Shown piece by piece: positions 1 to 11,366 of a stretch of 64,000 bases of DNA. Below the pieces are notes generated by a model. That model ran no database searches. It worked only from the letters and a program-made list of their open reading frames with translations, and had not been told where the DNA came from. This DNA comes from Tubiluchus corallicola (Eukaryota > Animalia > Priapulida). The position numbers were made by a program, and so were the translations under genes. Position 1 is the first letter of the stretch. Every line of letters starts with the position of its first letter. The stretch covers positions 29,785 to 93,784 of the forward strand of contig JAQGDQ010000804.1 of assembly GCA_030141605.1 (NCBI GenBank). Direction: 5' to 3'.

Positions 1-573
1 AATCACATAATTGCCAGTCTCATGCTAAAAATTATGATTTTATTTTTAGATAAAATATCTATGATACTATAATTGCCAAGCCACAAAAAATCATTACAGA
101 ATCAAAAGAGTGAAAACCAAGTTACAAGTGTAAAGTAAAGTAACGTATCACTAAAGTAAAGTAAAGTAACGTATCAGAGAGTGATTCTATTACAAAGAGA
201 AAAATTAAATAAACGTTTTCTTGCACTAGAATGCTCGCTCCTTGCTGTGGTTATGTTTATTTTCCAATGCAGAAACGAATAAAAATCACTTTTTATACAC
301 TCTATCTCATAGGTATTTCTAGTTGTATACAAATAACTCAATTTTTGCTATTTTGCTCTTTTTTATTAATTATTGTCAATTTTTCTTCATTGTGCAATAT
401 AAAGTTCATTGTGTTCATTTTGTTCATTGTGCAAATATATATATTTCCTTAGCAGGCTTTAGAAAATTAAAAGCTCATTGGAGCAGTTCCATATTTCTGT
501 GCAATTTACAGCCGCATCATTTAATATGTTTCGTAAAATATTTATACATCATTTATATGTATTAATGACTTAC

Positions 574-891
574 CTATTACAGTCAGTTTTGCTTCATCTG
601 AATCTACTTCAATGTCACCCTTTTTGAATAATCGACACACGTAGGTTCCATCGTCTGACACTCTAACATCATCAATTTGAATAGTAAACAAGAATTCTCT
701 TACTGGTTTGTCAGATACGTAAGATATTCGACCAGAAATATTAAGTAATTTTCCATCTTTAAGCCATTTCACGTTATATTCACCAAGAGTCACGGCATCC
801 TTATTAACCATACATTCAAGCAATGGTGTAAAGCCTTGCTCAACTGCCTGGCTCCCCGGTGGTAGGATAAAATAATCTTCACTCCTCACAT
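574..891 (-). CDS. Ig-domain exon (I-set/V-like) of an Ig-superfamily secreted or cell-surface protein; gene continues off the left edge
   Basis: ORF 542-913 has the Ig pattern C..W(LKDG)..D-x-G-x-Y-x-C; acceptor tatttacag at 900-892 and donor GTAAGT at 573-568; 318-nt phase 1-1 exon typical of Ig domains. Confidence 0.85.
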
Positions 892-3266
892 CTGTAAATA
901 ACAATATCAACAATGTACCAGTTTTGCAGGTAGCAGAAATCTAGTTTGACAGGGTGAAACAGTTGCAGCAAAACACACTAGCACATTTTGACTAGAGATG
1001 TTTAATCATAAAGACAATTACTAAATTCAAGTTCTATTAAGATAGTCTTCTTGGCTTATAGAAATGAAAGAGTTTCATTTTCATGTGTATGCTTGCATTT
1101 TCATCAGCTTTTTCGTCTGCCGGTTTTGAGAATTCACTCCAGGTATCTTTTTGGTGTAAAACGTCGAGTCTTCAGCATATATTATAGACCGAATTTCGTG
1201 AATTAGCATATCGTTTATATTGAAGAAAAACAGTCGAGACCAAACTTGATCCCTGAGATGTACGTACAGTAACTACTGAACCTAACTATAATACTTATGT
1301 TCAGTCTTTAAAGTAATAGTTATCAAATTATTGTCGTCAAAAACAAAAATTTTGAGTAACATTTTTTATCTTAGAAGATCAAACACCTTCTGTAAATTGA
1401 TATGCCAGCTAGTGTGTGATGTTCAACTTCACTGTCCCAGCTATCAAGAAACAAAATCCTGATTAAGGTGTTTAAGCCAAACAAAAATGTCAAAACTTTG
1501 TGGTAGATATGTTTTTCATAAATTAGCAAAAATGTGGCAATCCAAAAGTTTCCTTAGTCAGTAACAGTTATAGGACAGGAGATGGATTGTGTCCAGATTT
1601 AATAAACACATTTAACCATTTAAAAATTGCTATAGCACGCGTCGTTAAACCTGATTTTAGTTGACTTGAATGCCTTATTGTGTCGTAAGGTACACATTCT
1701 CTGAGATGCTTGCAAAAGTCTTTAACAGCAATTTGGATGAAATTTTTCAGCATCCCATTTTTTTTTTTTTGTTATTCTTTATAATGATTTTTGCATCAAC
1801 TGTACCTTGTCACAGAAAGATAAAGTATTTTTGAACTAATATAATTAGTAAATAATACAGGTTGCTGGCTTCATAACTGTTGATTGGTTGAATGCTTTTA
1901 TTTCGGAACAAAGTCCATATTACAACACCATAGAAATCATAGTTAAAAAACAAACACTATACATATAAATCAATACAGCAATTGTTGGTTAGTAGTTTCT
2001 CACAATAGTATTTACAAAATATACAACTTAGCTTTATTAGTTTATACAACCTAGATATGACTAAACAGTCACTGTTACATGTATTACTTATCAATTCATT
2101 GTAAGTGTCGGTAGCTCTAATTTTTAGCGAATAAATAGTTCTTCTAACAAAAAAATCAAAAAATATAGTAAACTTAGGTCTGTAAACATTTGCCTAGCTG
2201 AACAATTGCTAGGTAGATTAAAAAAATTGCGTCCTTTATTTCACGCAAATTTTAAAGTTCCGCAAACTACAGTCATAAAAGTTGTTCCATAAAAAGACAC
2301 AATAAAAGTTAGAGCAACGTGCTTTGAATTCAGTTCGTTTGACTTCTGCATTGCAGTTATAACAACAAAACACATCGAATCAATTTCTTTGATTGTGTGA
2401 AGAACAAATGACGCTGTCAGTCAGTATCCGCATTTTCTGTCTTATCTGTTGTTAAAAGATAACCTAGGTACTTTCATTTGTATTGAATTATGAATTGAAT
2501 TATGAATTTATTCCACAGCAACTCAAACATACATATAAATTGATATAACATTGAAAAAAATAAACTATGCGAGTTACTGTGAGGAGGAGGAAGGAGCATT
2601 TAGCTTTCGAGTCCTCCTCCAGATAAGTGAAACAATTGACAATTAACATTACATTTTCATCAGTTATAACGAACATTAGAACAAAATAAGTTTTGTTAGG
2701 AACTTAAGATCAGGATGAGTAAAATTGTGAGTTAATTATACCGTTGTAGTAAGTAATTCTTTGATGCTTTTTTAAATTGATAAAGATTAAAAATTCATGC
2801 GGAATTGATGACCATATTTTAATAGCATTATATTTTGATGACTGTTTCATTATATTTGTTTCTGGAAGAGGGAGTACATAGTTTTCGACTGAATATCTTG
2901 TGTAATGATCATGTTGATTTGAAACTGGACTAAAGTATCACTGAAAAGCTGGTGGAAGTAGTGAATTATGATAGTGATACATGAAATGAAGACAATACAT
3001 GTAATATATTGTACAAGATTTAATTATATTAATTTCTGCATAAATGTCTCCTGTGGGGAATTTAGTTTTAGTATAACTTGACGGTTTGAAGGTTAGAAGT
3101 TTTGTTTTTGTGCAGTTCGCCAAATAGTTACAGTAAACAATAAACAGTCAGTCAGTAAAAGTAACTACTATTATTCCACAAAATATTTTCATCTAAAAGT
3201 ACTAATGAACTTAATTAAAATGTAAGAAGTAGCTTTTCAAAAAAAGATAACAAAATATTCGCTTAC

Positions 3267-3315
3267 CGCTTATAGCAAATACCAGCAGAATGGCTACTTT
3301 TGCAGTGAGTGACAT
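3267..3315 (-). CDS. Signal-peptide exon of the Ig-superfamily gene (MSLTAKVAILLVFAIS-)
   Basis: ATG at 3315, 16 mostly hydrophobic codons plus 1 nt, donor GTAAGC; phase 1 joins the Ig exon in frame (G|AT = Asp, then VRSEDYF). Confidence 0.75.
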
Positions 3316-4916
3316 CTTGCTTCTGGATCTGACACCTGCTTAAAACTTTGTCGTTGATCTGTGACTGTTATAATTTTGTTAATAGGACGGCCGTCTTGTT
3401 ATAGCAGCCTCAAAAACACATAGAGCGAGCATGCTAATTTAGCTGTCAATCAAGTTTTACCTGTCAATAAAATGATAAGAACCTACGCAGGTGAAAATGA
3501 CGATTAAAGACATTAGGAAAAGATCAGGCTAGTTTATTAAGCAAATAAGTAAAAACATTTGCCTGTGAGTCGTTGAGATAGTTTCTTGTTTTGAGATAAT
3601 AAAACTTAACCAAGTTCTTTGGCAAATAAATGAAACACAAGTCACCTTCACTGGCCTAGCTTTTTGTTATCATAATAATCTAATCGTAAATGACCTTGCC
3701 TAAACTTGAACGCAAAGAGATCAACATTAGTGCATTACTTAGCGTAATTTCCCGATGTACATGCAGTGAGTGCGTGTACTTACTTATATCAATAAACGAT
3801 CAATCAGTGATTGATATTAGTGGTAGAGGTGACTGAATAACCTTGACTTTGTAAAAAAAAGTCTATCAAATTATTCTAGTGTAATTTACACTAAGCTAAT
3901 GAACAAGCAGTTGCAATCACTTTATTAAAGCGAGTGAGCATAAAGACAATTTTTGAATGTACATCTTTGAGTGGGAGCCTTAAAGGTTGATCATATTTTT
4001 GTTAGTGGTGTTGCTGTTATTGTTGCTGCTGCTGCTGCTGTTGTTGTCTGTGTTGCAGTTTTGTTGCTGATGCTGTTTTTGTCGTTGTTGTTGCCACATT
4101 TATCTTTGAAAGTTGTCAGAAGCCCCTGAATGTGTATGGGAAAAATTTTCTGCTTAGATAAAGACCGAAATTTAATTGGATTGAAACAGGAATATCGAAC
4201 GACAAATAAAAACGCCTCGATGAGACAAGTCGAATGGTATATATTCTTCAGTTTGGATAAGGGTGGTTGGTTTGGTGACCCTTGGTCTTTTCCGCCTTTA
4301 TTTTAGTTTTTAGCTTTTGTTTATGTTTATTTTGTAACATTCAGAGACGAACAAATTTTTTACTTACTCACGTATAAGTTATATCCATATTGGTCGGCGA
4401 CCCACCATGAGGAAAAAACGTACATTGTGTGTCAAAAGATACATTGTCAAAACATACATTGTGTGTCAAAAGATACATTGTGTGTCAAAGGATACATTGG
4501 AGACAGAAAGGCCTGCTTCTGGTTTTTAAAGGCAGTGGCTTGTAACCCATCAGATGGCCATGAATTACTTCACTGGGAAATGTAATTTCTTTGTAACCAA
4601 ACAATGCAACTTCAATAAAATCACATTCACATTGATTACCCTCAAACAAAATTATGACGTCATTTCAAGATCATTTTAAAGGCGAAGATCATATACACAA
4701 CATCATGAAATCTGTAAATAATTTTTTAAAAAACGAATTAATGTTAATGAAAGCTTAATTTGTTGGTAATAAAGTAAGCCAATCCACTTGCAATGAATTA
4801 AAAATGTGCCACTTGACTACAAAGAGACTACTACTTGGCTAGAAATCTCTACAGTTGCCTTCAAGATTTCTGTTCCATGTAAAGGGGCTGTACCTTCGAT
4901 AAACTTTACTTTGTCA

Positions 4917-6124
4917 AGGAATGAGCTGTCCCACGTGTTTCAACTCAGAACAAAGCTAGTATATTTCTGCTAGGTTCGGCATCTCATCTTCGAGGAGTGA
5001 GCTGTCCCACGTGTTTCAACTCCGAACAAAGCTAGTATATTTCTGCTAGGTTCGGCATCTCATCTTCGAGGAATGAGCTGTCCCACGCGTTTCAACTCCG
5101 AACAAAGCTAGTATATTTCTGCTAGGTTCGACATCTCATCTTCGAGGAATGAGCTGTCCCACGTGTTTCAACTCTGAACAAAGCTAGTATATTTCTGCTA
5201 GGTTCGGCATCTCATCTTCGAGGAATGAGCTGTCCCACACGTTTCAACTCCGAACAAAGCTAGTATATTTCTGCTAGGTTCGGCATCTCATCTTCGAGGA
5301 ATGAGCTGTCCCACGCGTTTCAACTCCGAACAAAGCTAGTATATTTCTGCTAGGTTCGGCATCTCATCTTCGAGGAATGAGCTGTCCCATGCGTTTCAAC
5401 TCCGAACAAAGCTAGTATATTTCTGCTAGGTTCGACATCTCATCTTCGAGGAATGAGCTGTCCCACGCGTTTCAACTCCGAACAAAGCTAGTATATTTCT
5501 GCTAGGTTCGGCATCTCATCTTCGAGGAATGAGCTGTCCCACGCATTTCAACTCCGAACAAAGCTAGTATATTTCTGCTAGGTTCGACATCTCATCTTCG
5601 AGGAATGAGCTGTCCCACGCATTTCAACTCCGAACAAAGCTAGTATATTTCTGCTAGGTTCGGCATCTCATCTTCGAGGAATGAGCTGTCCCACGCATTT
5701 CAACTCCGAACAAAGCTAGTATATTTCTGCTAGGTTCGACATCTCATCTTCGAGGAATGAGCTGTCCCACGTGTTTCAACTCTGAACAAAGCTAGTATAT
5801 TTCTGCTAGGTTCGGCATCTCATCTTCGAGGAATGAGCTGTCCCACACGTTTCAACTCCAAACAAAGCTAGTATATTTCTGCTAGGTTCGGCATCTCATC
5901 TTCGAGGAATGAGCTGTCCCACGCGTTTCAACTCTGAACAAAGTTAGTATATTTCTGCTAGGTTCGGCATCTCATCTTCGAGGAATGAGCTGTCCCATGC
6001 GTTTCAACTCCGAACAAAGCTAGTATATTTCTGCTAGGTTCGGCATCTCATCTTCGAGGAATGAGCTGTCCCACGTGTTTCAACTCCGAACAAAGCTAGT
6101 ATATTTCTGCTAGGTTCGGCATCG
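4917..6124. repeat. 76-bp tandem minisatellite, about 16 copies
   Basis: Unit aggaatgagctgtcccacgcgtttcaactccgaacaaagctagtatatttctgctaggttcggcatctcatcttcg starts at 4917, 4993, 5069 ... 6057. Confidence 0.95.
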
Positions 6125-6762
6125 GTACCGAAACTAGAATATTTCAAAAAATATTAAGGCATCAGGGAAAAACTCCTGTCATGACATATGGAGAAATGCA
6201 CGTTGTGAAAGATTGCCCAGTTAAAACTGCTTGATAAAGTTGAACGTAACAGTCAGCATTGAAACTGTACCAACAATAACGGTACAGAAAACAGCCACTA
6301 TTTAAAGATTACATGATCGAAATTACTTTGTTGAAGTTGAATAACAGCATCCGATTAAAGATTATTTTATTGAAAATATCACTATTAAAACAACTAAATG
6401 GACAGTAACTTATACTTAAATTTAAAAAAATTAATAGCTTGTTGTTTATCATAAAATTCAGATTTGTGCACAATCCAAATCATACTCATTAGCTCCCTGA
6501 AAAATATAAAAAGCGATCTGACAAAACTAAAATAACAAATCAGTGACGAGTCAACGACCTATCGTATGCCCAATGGTCTATTGACTATTGTAGTCACGGG
6601 GCAGGCATAATTCTAAAATAAAAGAAATCAGCCGTCGAGACAGCAAGCACAGCAATAATATGTTCATCAGTTTAGTGAATTGGCGCTCAAAATTACGCCC
6701 ACTGCGCCAAAAATTACGTTCAAGTCCATCAAATTAGGGAGACCTACTGCTATGTCAACGAC

Positions 6763-7809
6763 TTCTTCTTCTTCTTCGCTGAATCAAACGTCCAGGGACA
6801 TGATTCTGCTCACCTCTCTATGCCAGGACTCCCTACACGCTGCAATGCCCCAAGTACATTTGTTTCTAAGGATCAATGCTGAAGTGTTTAAATCTTTCTG
6901 TGCAAAATCTAAGTAAGTTAACATCTGTCCTCCTGCAGGTTTTTAGCTGGTTCTATGGCTTGTTGAAGAGCAATCTTCACTGGAATATCATCAGGTAGTC
7001 TAAGCATATGCCCAATCCATCTTAAACATCGCCTTTTTATTTTTCTTGTCCAAGGTTCTTCTTTTATTTTTTCATATAGATCTTTGTTTGAAATTTTCTT
7101 TGGCCATCTAATACCCAAAATGTTTCTGTAATTTCGCCTTTGAAACGCATCGATTTCAGCTTTATGACTTGCTTTTAATGTCCAGAGCTCAGAGTTATAC
7201 AGAAATACAGTTTCGACTAAGGCTGAGAATATTCTGATTTTTGTTTCTAAAGAAATATTCCTATTTTCAAAAACTTTTGTTAGTTTTGAGTAAGCCGATA
7301 ATGCCATTATCTTTCGTCTTAATATGTCGTCCTCTGTTGCTAGCAGACTACCGAGATACTTGCATCTTTGCCATGATTCATCACCATGGCGTGTTAGTGA
7401 AACTCTTCAGTTTTATTTTTGTTTATAACGAGATCCATTCTGTTCAGTTTCTCCTCTATTGAGTTTTTTATTTCATCTACTTCTTCTTTGTTTCTTGTAA
7501 TCCATGCCACATCATCAGCATACTGCATTGATATCGTAGTTGACTTACTTTGTAGAGAGCTGTAACTGTGTTCTTGTCTTACTTCATTTGGTATTAATTT
7601 AGGATCAAGAATTGTGTAGTTGTGATCTTCTAGGTCTTTCAATGGTATAACTTTGTCCTCAGTGAGAGCAATGGCAAGATATAAAGTGAAAAGTACAGGG
7701 CTTAGACAGTCACCCTGAGGTACTCCTTTTCCCTTCACACCTGACTTGAATTAATGTATTTTCTAACATTATACTTATGATGTATATTTCATCAGGTTCA
7801 AGGATTTCT
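6763..7809 (-). mobile_element. 5'-truncated, frameshifted non-LTR retrotransposon (RTE-X/Proto2-like LINE)
   Basis: RT motifs GVPQGDCLSPVLF and QYADD (ORF 7394-7738); C-terminal region KIRIF...LYNSELWTL...LRWIGHMLR (ORF 6918-7307); (GAA)n tail; possible TSD tcaacgac at 6755-6762 and 7810-7817. Confidence 0.85.
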
Positions 7810-9195
7810 TCAACGACGGTGGCCAAGAAAGATCAGGAAATATGAAGAATCTTTGGAATTTTGCGTATGACATAAAAATCAGTATCAGTAACGGCCAGAT
7901 ACACAGAGATATTGTGACAGTGCTGAATGTAAAATTGAGTGCTCTAACTAGAGGTTCTAATCCGAATAAGCGATGCTCATTTTTAATGATAATTTCTTAA
8001 CACAATTTAACGTAACATTGATTTGAAATTTTGATATTTCCTTCTACTTGTAGAGGTCGTCGAAAAGGGACACAACGACACGATTTCTATATTTCGCTCT
8101 TTAAGATTTTCTATATTGCTCAGTGCTGCAAACCTTTGATCTAGTACGGTTATGGGCATTGTAATTTTCTCTTTTGGTTTTGTACATTTCGTTGTATATT
8201 TTTAGTTTATAGAATAAAAACTACTGTACTTTTCTTTATGTATACGAGATTATTTATTTACACGCTAGCTGGATCTAACTCACATAATAGTCTTTATTAT
8301 ATATATGCAAGCGTTTTCTTTGCAACGAAGCAGTAGTAATAGTTTGATCAATATCCTATAGTTATGCGTTCTTATGTCTAACCTACAGCGCGCCTTTTTT
8401 GAGATTAGCAGTTACTAAACTAATATAATTAGGGCAACTTTACTTAAATCAAATTGGATAACGTCTGCTGACATTGCGCTTTATAATTTGCTGTTACCAA
8501 CTATTTTGGCAAGTTTCTTGTGAAATATTACATCTCTTCTGAAGTATTAGCAACAAAAGTTTTTATTCTCGCTAAGTGAATCATAGGTTCAATTGTTGTT
8601 GCAGGTTAAAAACGTCAGTTAAACGATATCTGTTTGCTTCTTATATAAACTAGTCTTGATAACCACCTATTGTTCCTGTGTGACACAACAGTCACAACTT
8701 TGTGTTCTTTTTGAGTAAAATTCAGAGTGCTTCGTCATCTCATGAGCCGAATCTCCACAAGCCACTCTCCCTACCCTTTTGAACATTCTTTTATCCATCA
8801 CTTCTATCCTTACTTTGCCCAACTCTTTTTTTAAATTGCCTAAAAACCTTCGGTTTTTTTGTTCTTTTTTTTAACAACCTAACGAGTTTTACTTCTGGTT
8901 CTTGCCATTTATTATGTGCACGCTGTCATATAATCATTATTATTAATATCTATTTTTTCCCAGTGTTTCTTGATATTGTATTTGTATTTACATTTCCAAA
9001 TAAATTTATTATTATTATAAAAATTGCACAATTGTATTCGGAATTTTTTTTTCAAAAAACATTCACAACAAAGTGTCCGGTGCCCAAACTACCGTGTCCA
9101 CGTTCTGATTTTGAATTGCTGGACTAAGCTACAGTCCAGATAACAGACTGACGTGCCAGCTTCTTTGTAAAAAACAGAAAAAGTTAATAGTGATC

Positions 9196-9207
9196 TTTTT
9201 ATTTCAG
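9196..9207 (+). promoter_or_regulatory. 3' splice acceptor upstream of the SPTSS-like ORF
   Basis: tttttatttcag, 75 nt before the ATG at 9283; no convincing partner donor nearby. Confidence 0.55.
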
Positions 9208-9282
9208 CATGCTATGACTGTAACTGGATTTCTCTGAGCAAAGTGTGATGTTAGTCCATGTTGGTCATTAGATCAGTGAAAA

Positions 9283-9570
9283 ATGGACACTGTTAATTCA
9301 AGTGAACTGAACTCTACAGAAGACAGATCTGGTTTAGGAGTACAAAGGAGACGCGGACTTCATGAACGATTCTTGTCGTACATTCACTGGCTATATCTGC
9401 AATACCTCCTGGGAACAGCGTTGTACATGTTGGAGCCCTGGGAACAGGCCGTATTTAATTCAGTAATTGTCGTCATTTTTTGCATGTCTGTTTACACAAC
9501 TTACGTGTTCTTGCCTCAGTACACTAGGAATTTATTGGTATATGCAGGCATTTCAGACAGCTTGTTATAA
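9283..9570 (+). CDS. SPTSSA: Serine palmitoyltransferase small subunit (SPTSSA/B family), intronless
   Basis: Family motif WLYLQYLLGTALYMLEPWEQAVFNS followed by a TM segment and YTTYVFLPQY; 95 aa. Confidence 0.9.
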   Translation: MDTVNSSELNSTEDRSGLGVQRRRGLHERFLSYIHWLYLQYLLGTALYMLEPWEQAVFNSVIVVIFCMSVYTTYVFLPQYTRNLLVYAGISDSLL

Positions 9571-9585
9571 ATCCTTGTCTCACAG
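9571..9585 (+). promoter_or_regulatory. Intercistronic splice acceptor 1
   Basis: TAA-atccttgtctcacAG: pyrimidine-rich tract and CAG ending 15 nt after the stop, 32 nt before the next ATG. Confidence 0.6.
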
Positions 9586-9617
9586 AGTGTGATTTAGAAG
9601 ATTTCTGTTATTGGATT

Positions 9618-10217
9618 ATGCAAAAAGCCTTGTTTGCTGAAGCGCAGACATTTTTTAGTGTTGCTAGGCAACAGGTATCCGCTTGGAAAGAAGTTATTAA
9701 TTCAGGAGAAACAAACTTCAATAATTTGGAAAATTTTGCTGAGCAGCTTTCCGTCATAAAACTCACATCGGCCGAGTCATCAGACATATTATTGCAGTTT
9801 CCCGATGTGAAAGACAAAGTGATTGTTAAAATTCTGGAAGCTTGTGAAGGGCAGACGGCTCAGCTGTTGGAGAAGTTGCAAAAACTTGGCGAGATCTCCG
9901 TGCAAGTAACACAGAACGCTGACAAAGTTGAAGAAGTTTATCAGGCATCAGATTTGCCGTTAGACGTGATTCTTCAAGCGACCGCTACACTTCCGTCGGT
10001 TGCAGATATACTAGAGTTTGTGAATCGATATAAAACGGTTTTCTCTAACGAACATGAGAACAAGACGAACTATTTGCAAAAGTTAGATTACTGGAACGTT
10101 GACGTACTTCGAAGAATTAAAAACCTGTGGCTAAAAACTAGAGCAATTGACGAACTGGAAAAGAAGGTGGCGCCATACCTTGTCTATTTTATGAAAGAAA
10201 ATTTCAAAACAGGATAA
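9618..10217 (+). CDS. AIRIM: AFG2-interacting ribosome maturation factor (C1orf109/AIRIM) homolog, intronless
   Basis: 199 aa; NFAEQL, FPDVK, LQATATLPSVADILE and terminal YFMKE match remembered human C1orf109 motifs (NLAEQL, FPDLK, PSVADMLE, FFLEE) with similar spacing and length. Confidence 0.8.
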   Translation: MQKALFAEAQTFFSVARQQVSAWKEVINSGETNFNNLENFAEQLSVIKLTSAESSDILLQFPDVKDKVIVKILEACEGQTAQLLEKLQKLGEISVQVTQNADKVEEVYQASDLPLDVILQATATLPSVADILEFVNRYKTVFSNEHENKTNYLQKLDYWNVDVLRRIKNLWLKTRAIDELEKKVAPYLVYFMKENFKTG

Positions 10218-10232
10218 TCTTTTTTGCTTTAG
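10218..10232 (+). promoter_or_regulatory. Intercistronic splice acceptor 2
   Basis: TAA-tcttttttgcttTAG: polypyrimidine tract and TAG ending 15 nt after the stop, 53 nt before the next ATG. Confidence 0.65.
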
Positions 10233-10285
10233 CTACTGTTACCGCTCAGTTTTTTCCGGCACTGATTGCCGTGACTGTTCCCGTA

Positions 10286-11164
10286 ATGGCAGAAAGCTCT
10301 GAAGATCTTCAGCAAAGACACAGACAAGAGCGGAAAGAGTTGCAGAGTTACATCCAGCAGTTGAAGCACGCCGTTCCAAAAGGCGACAAAAAGAAGAAAA
10401 AAGAAGTAACCGCGGAAGTAGCCAGGCTGACGGCAGAACTGGAAGAAAAACAGGCAAAGGAAAGTGCGGGTTCGAATCCGGAGAGAATCCTGGAAGATGA
10501 AATGAAGAAGCTGAGTGTCGACTCCAGTGACGTAAACTCTCCCCGCGAACAAGCCGAGATCACAGATAGACAAAAGAAAAAGTCAAAGGCACAGAAGAGG
10601 AGAGAAAAAAAAGCTGAGATGGAAAAAGAGAGAGAAAGGAACATCGCGGAACAAGAAGAGGAGAACTTACTTGGTTCGCGAAACGTAGAAGCGCAGAAAC
10701 TTGCCTCTCTTTTAGCTTCTAGAGGTTTAGCGATACATGAGGTTCCTTCCGATGGAAATTGCTTGTACAATGCAATAAGCCATCAGCTAAACCTCAAAGG
10801 CAAATTCTTAAACGTTCAGACGTTGAGACGGTTGACATCTCAGTACATGGTCTCTCATCCTGACACTTTTCTTCCCTTTCTTGTCAATCATGACACGGGG
10901 GAACTGCTGAGCGCCGACGATTACGACTCGTACTGCGACGACATCGCCAACACGACCGCGTGGGCCGGACAGCCCGAGATCCGAGCCGTTACGCAAGTCC
11001 TGGAGGCGGCGATCGAAATCTTGCAAGCGGATGGTCCCTTGATCATCATAGGTGAAGAATTTGCTCATAAGGAATCACTCAGTATCACTTATCATCGACA
11101 TGCTTATGGTTTAGGAGAACATTATAACTCTACTTTACCATTAACAGAAAACTCCGACAGTTAA
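10286..11164 (+). CDS. OTUD6B: OTU-domain deubiquitinase OTUD6B/Otu2 homolog, intronless
   Basis: N-terminal RHRQERKELQ...KKKKK coiled coil; OTU catalytic motifs PSDGNCLY, WAGQPEI, YHRHAYGLGEHYNS; first ATG at 10286 (the ORF track starts at an upstream GTG). Confidence 0.92.
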   Translation: MAESSEDLQQRHRQERKELQSYIQQLKHAVPKGDKKKKKEVTAEVARLTAELEEKQAKESAGSNPERILEDEMKKLSVDSSDVNSPREQAEITDRQKKKSKAQKRREKKAEMEKERERNIAEQEEENLLGSRNVEAQKLASLLASRGLAIHEVPSDGNCLYNAISHQLNLKGKFLNVQTLRRLTSQYMVSHPDTFLPFLVNHDTGELLSADDYDSYCDDIANTTAWAGQPEIRAVTQVLEAAIEILQADGPLIIIGEEFAHKESLSITYHRHAYGLGEHYNSTLPLTENSDS

Positions 11165-11360
11165 TGAAGTAAGAAGGCTATGAATATGTAATGTTCGTGG
11201 CACTGATTGGTTTAATGTAGCCACAATTTGAATTTGTTTTGTGATGAATCACTGATTACTCATTTTGATAGCAATGGTGTGCATTGGAAGTTTTGTATGC
11301 AATTATTGTAGCACATTGATTTTGATGATAATGATGGGCCATTTGATTTTTTTGTGGTAA

Positions 11361-11366
11361 AATAAA
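11361..11366 (+). terminator. Polyadenylation signal after the three-gene cluster
   Basis: AATAAA about 200 nt after the OTUD6B stop, followed by T/GT-rich sequence. Confidence 0.6.

Noticed and set aside
4917-6124. CRISPR array or tandem tRNA genes (76-bp unit containing ggttcg)
   Set aside because: No unique spacers, no cas genes, eukaryotic context; no cloverleaf or A box
9608-11068. Antisense ORFs over AIRIM/OTUD6B (e.g. 10348-10770)
   Set aside because: Shadow ORFs of real coding sequence with no recognisable motifs
9283-11164. Bacterial operon/HGT, or a stop-readthrough fusion protein
   Set aside because: All three proteins are eukaryote-type; spacers of 47 and 68 nt are not multiples of 3, so simple readthrough is out of frame
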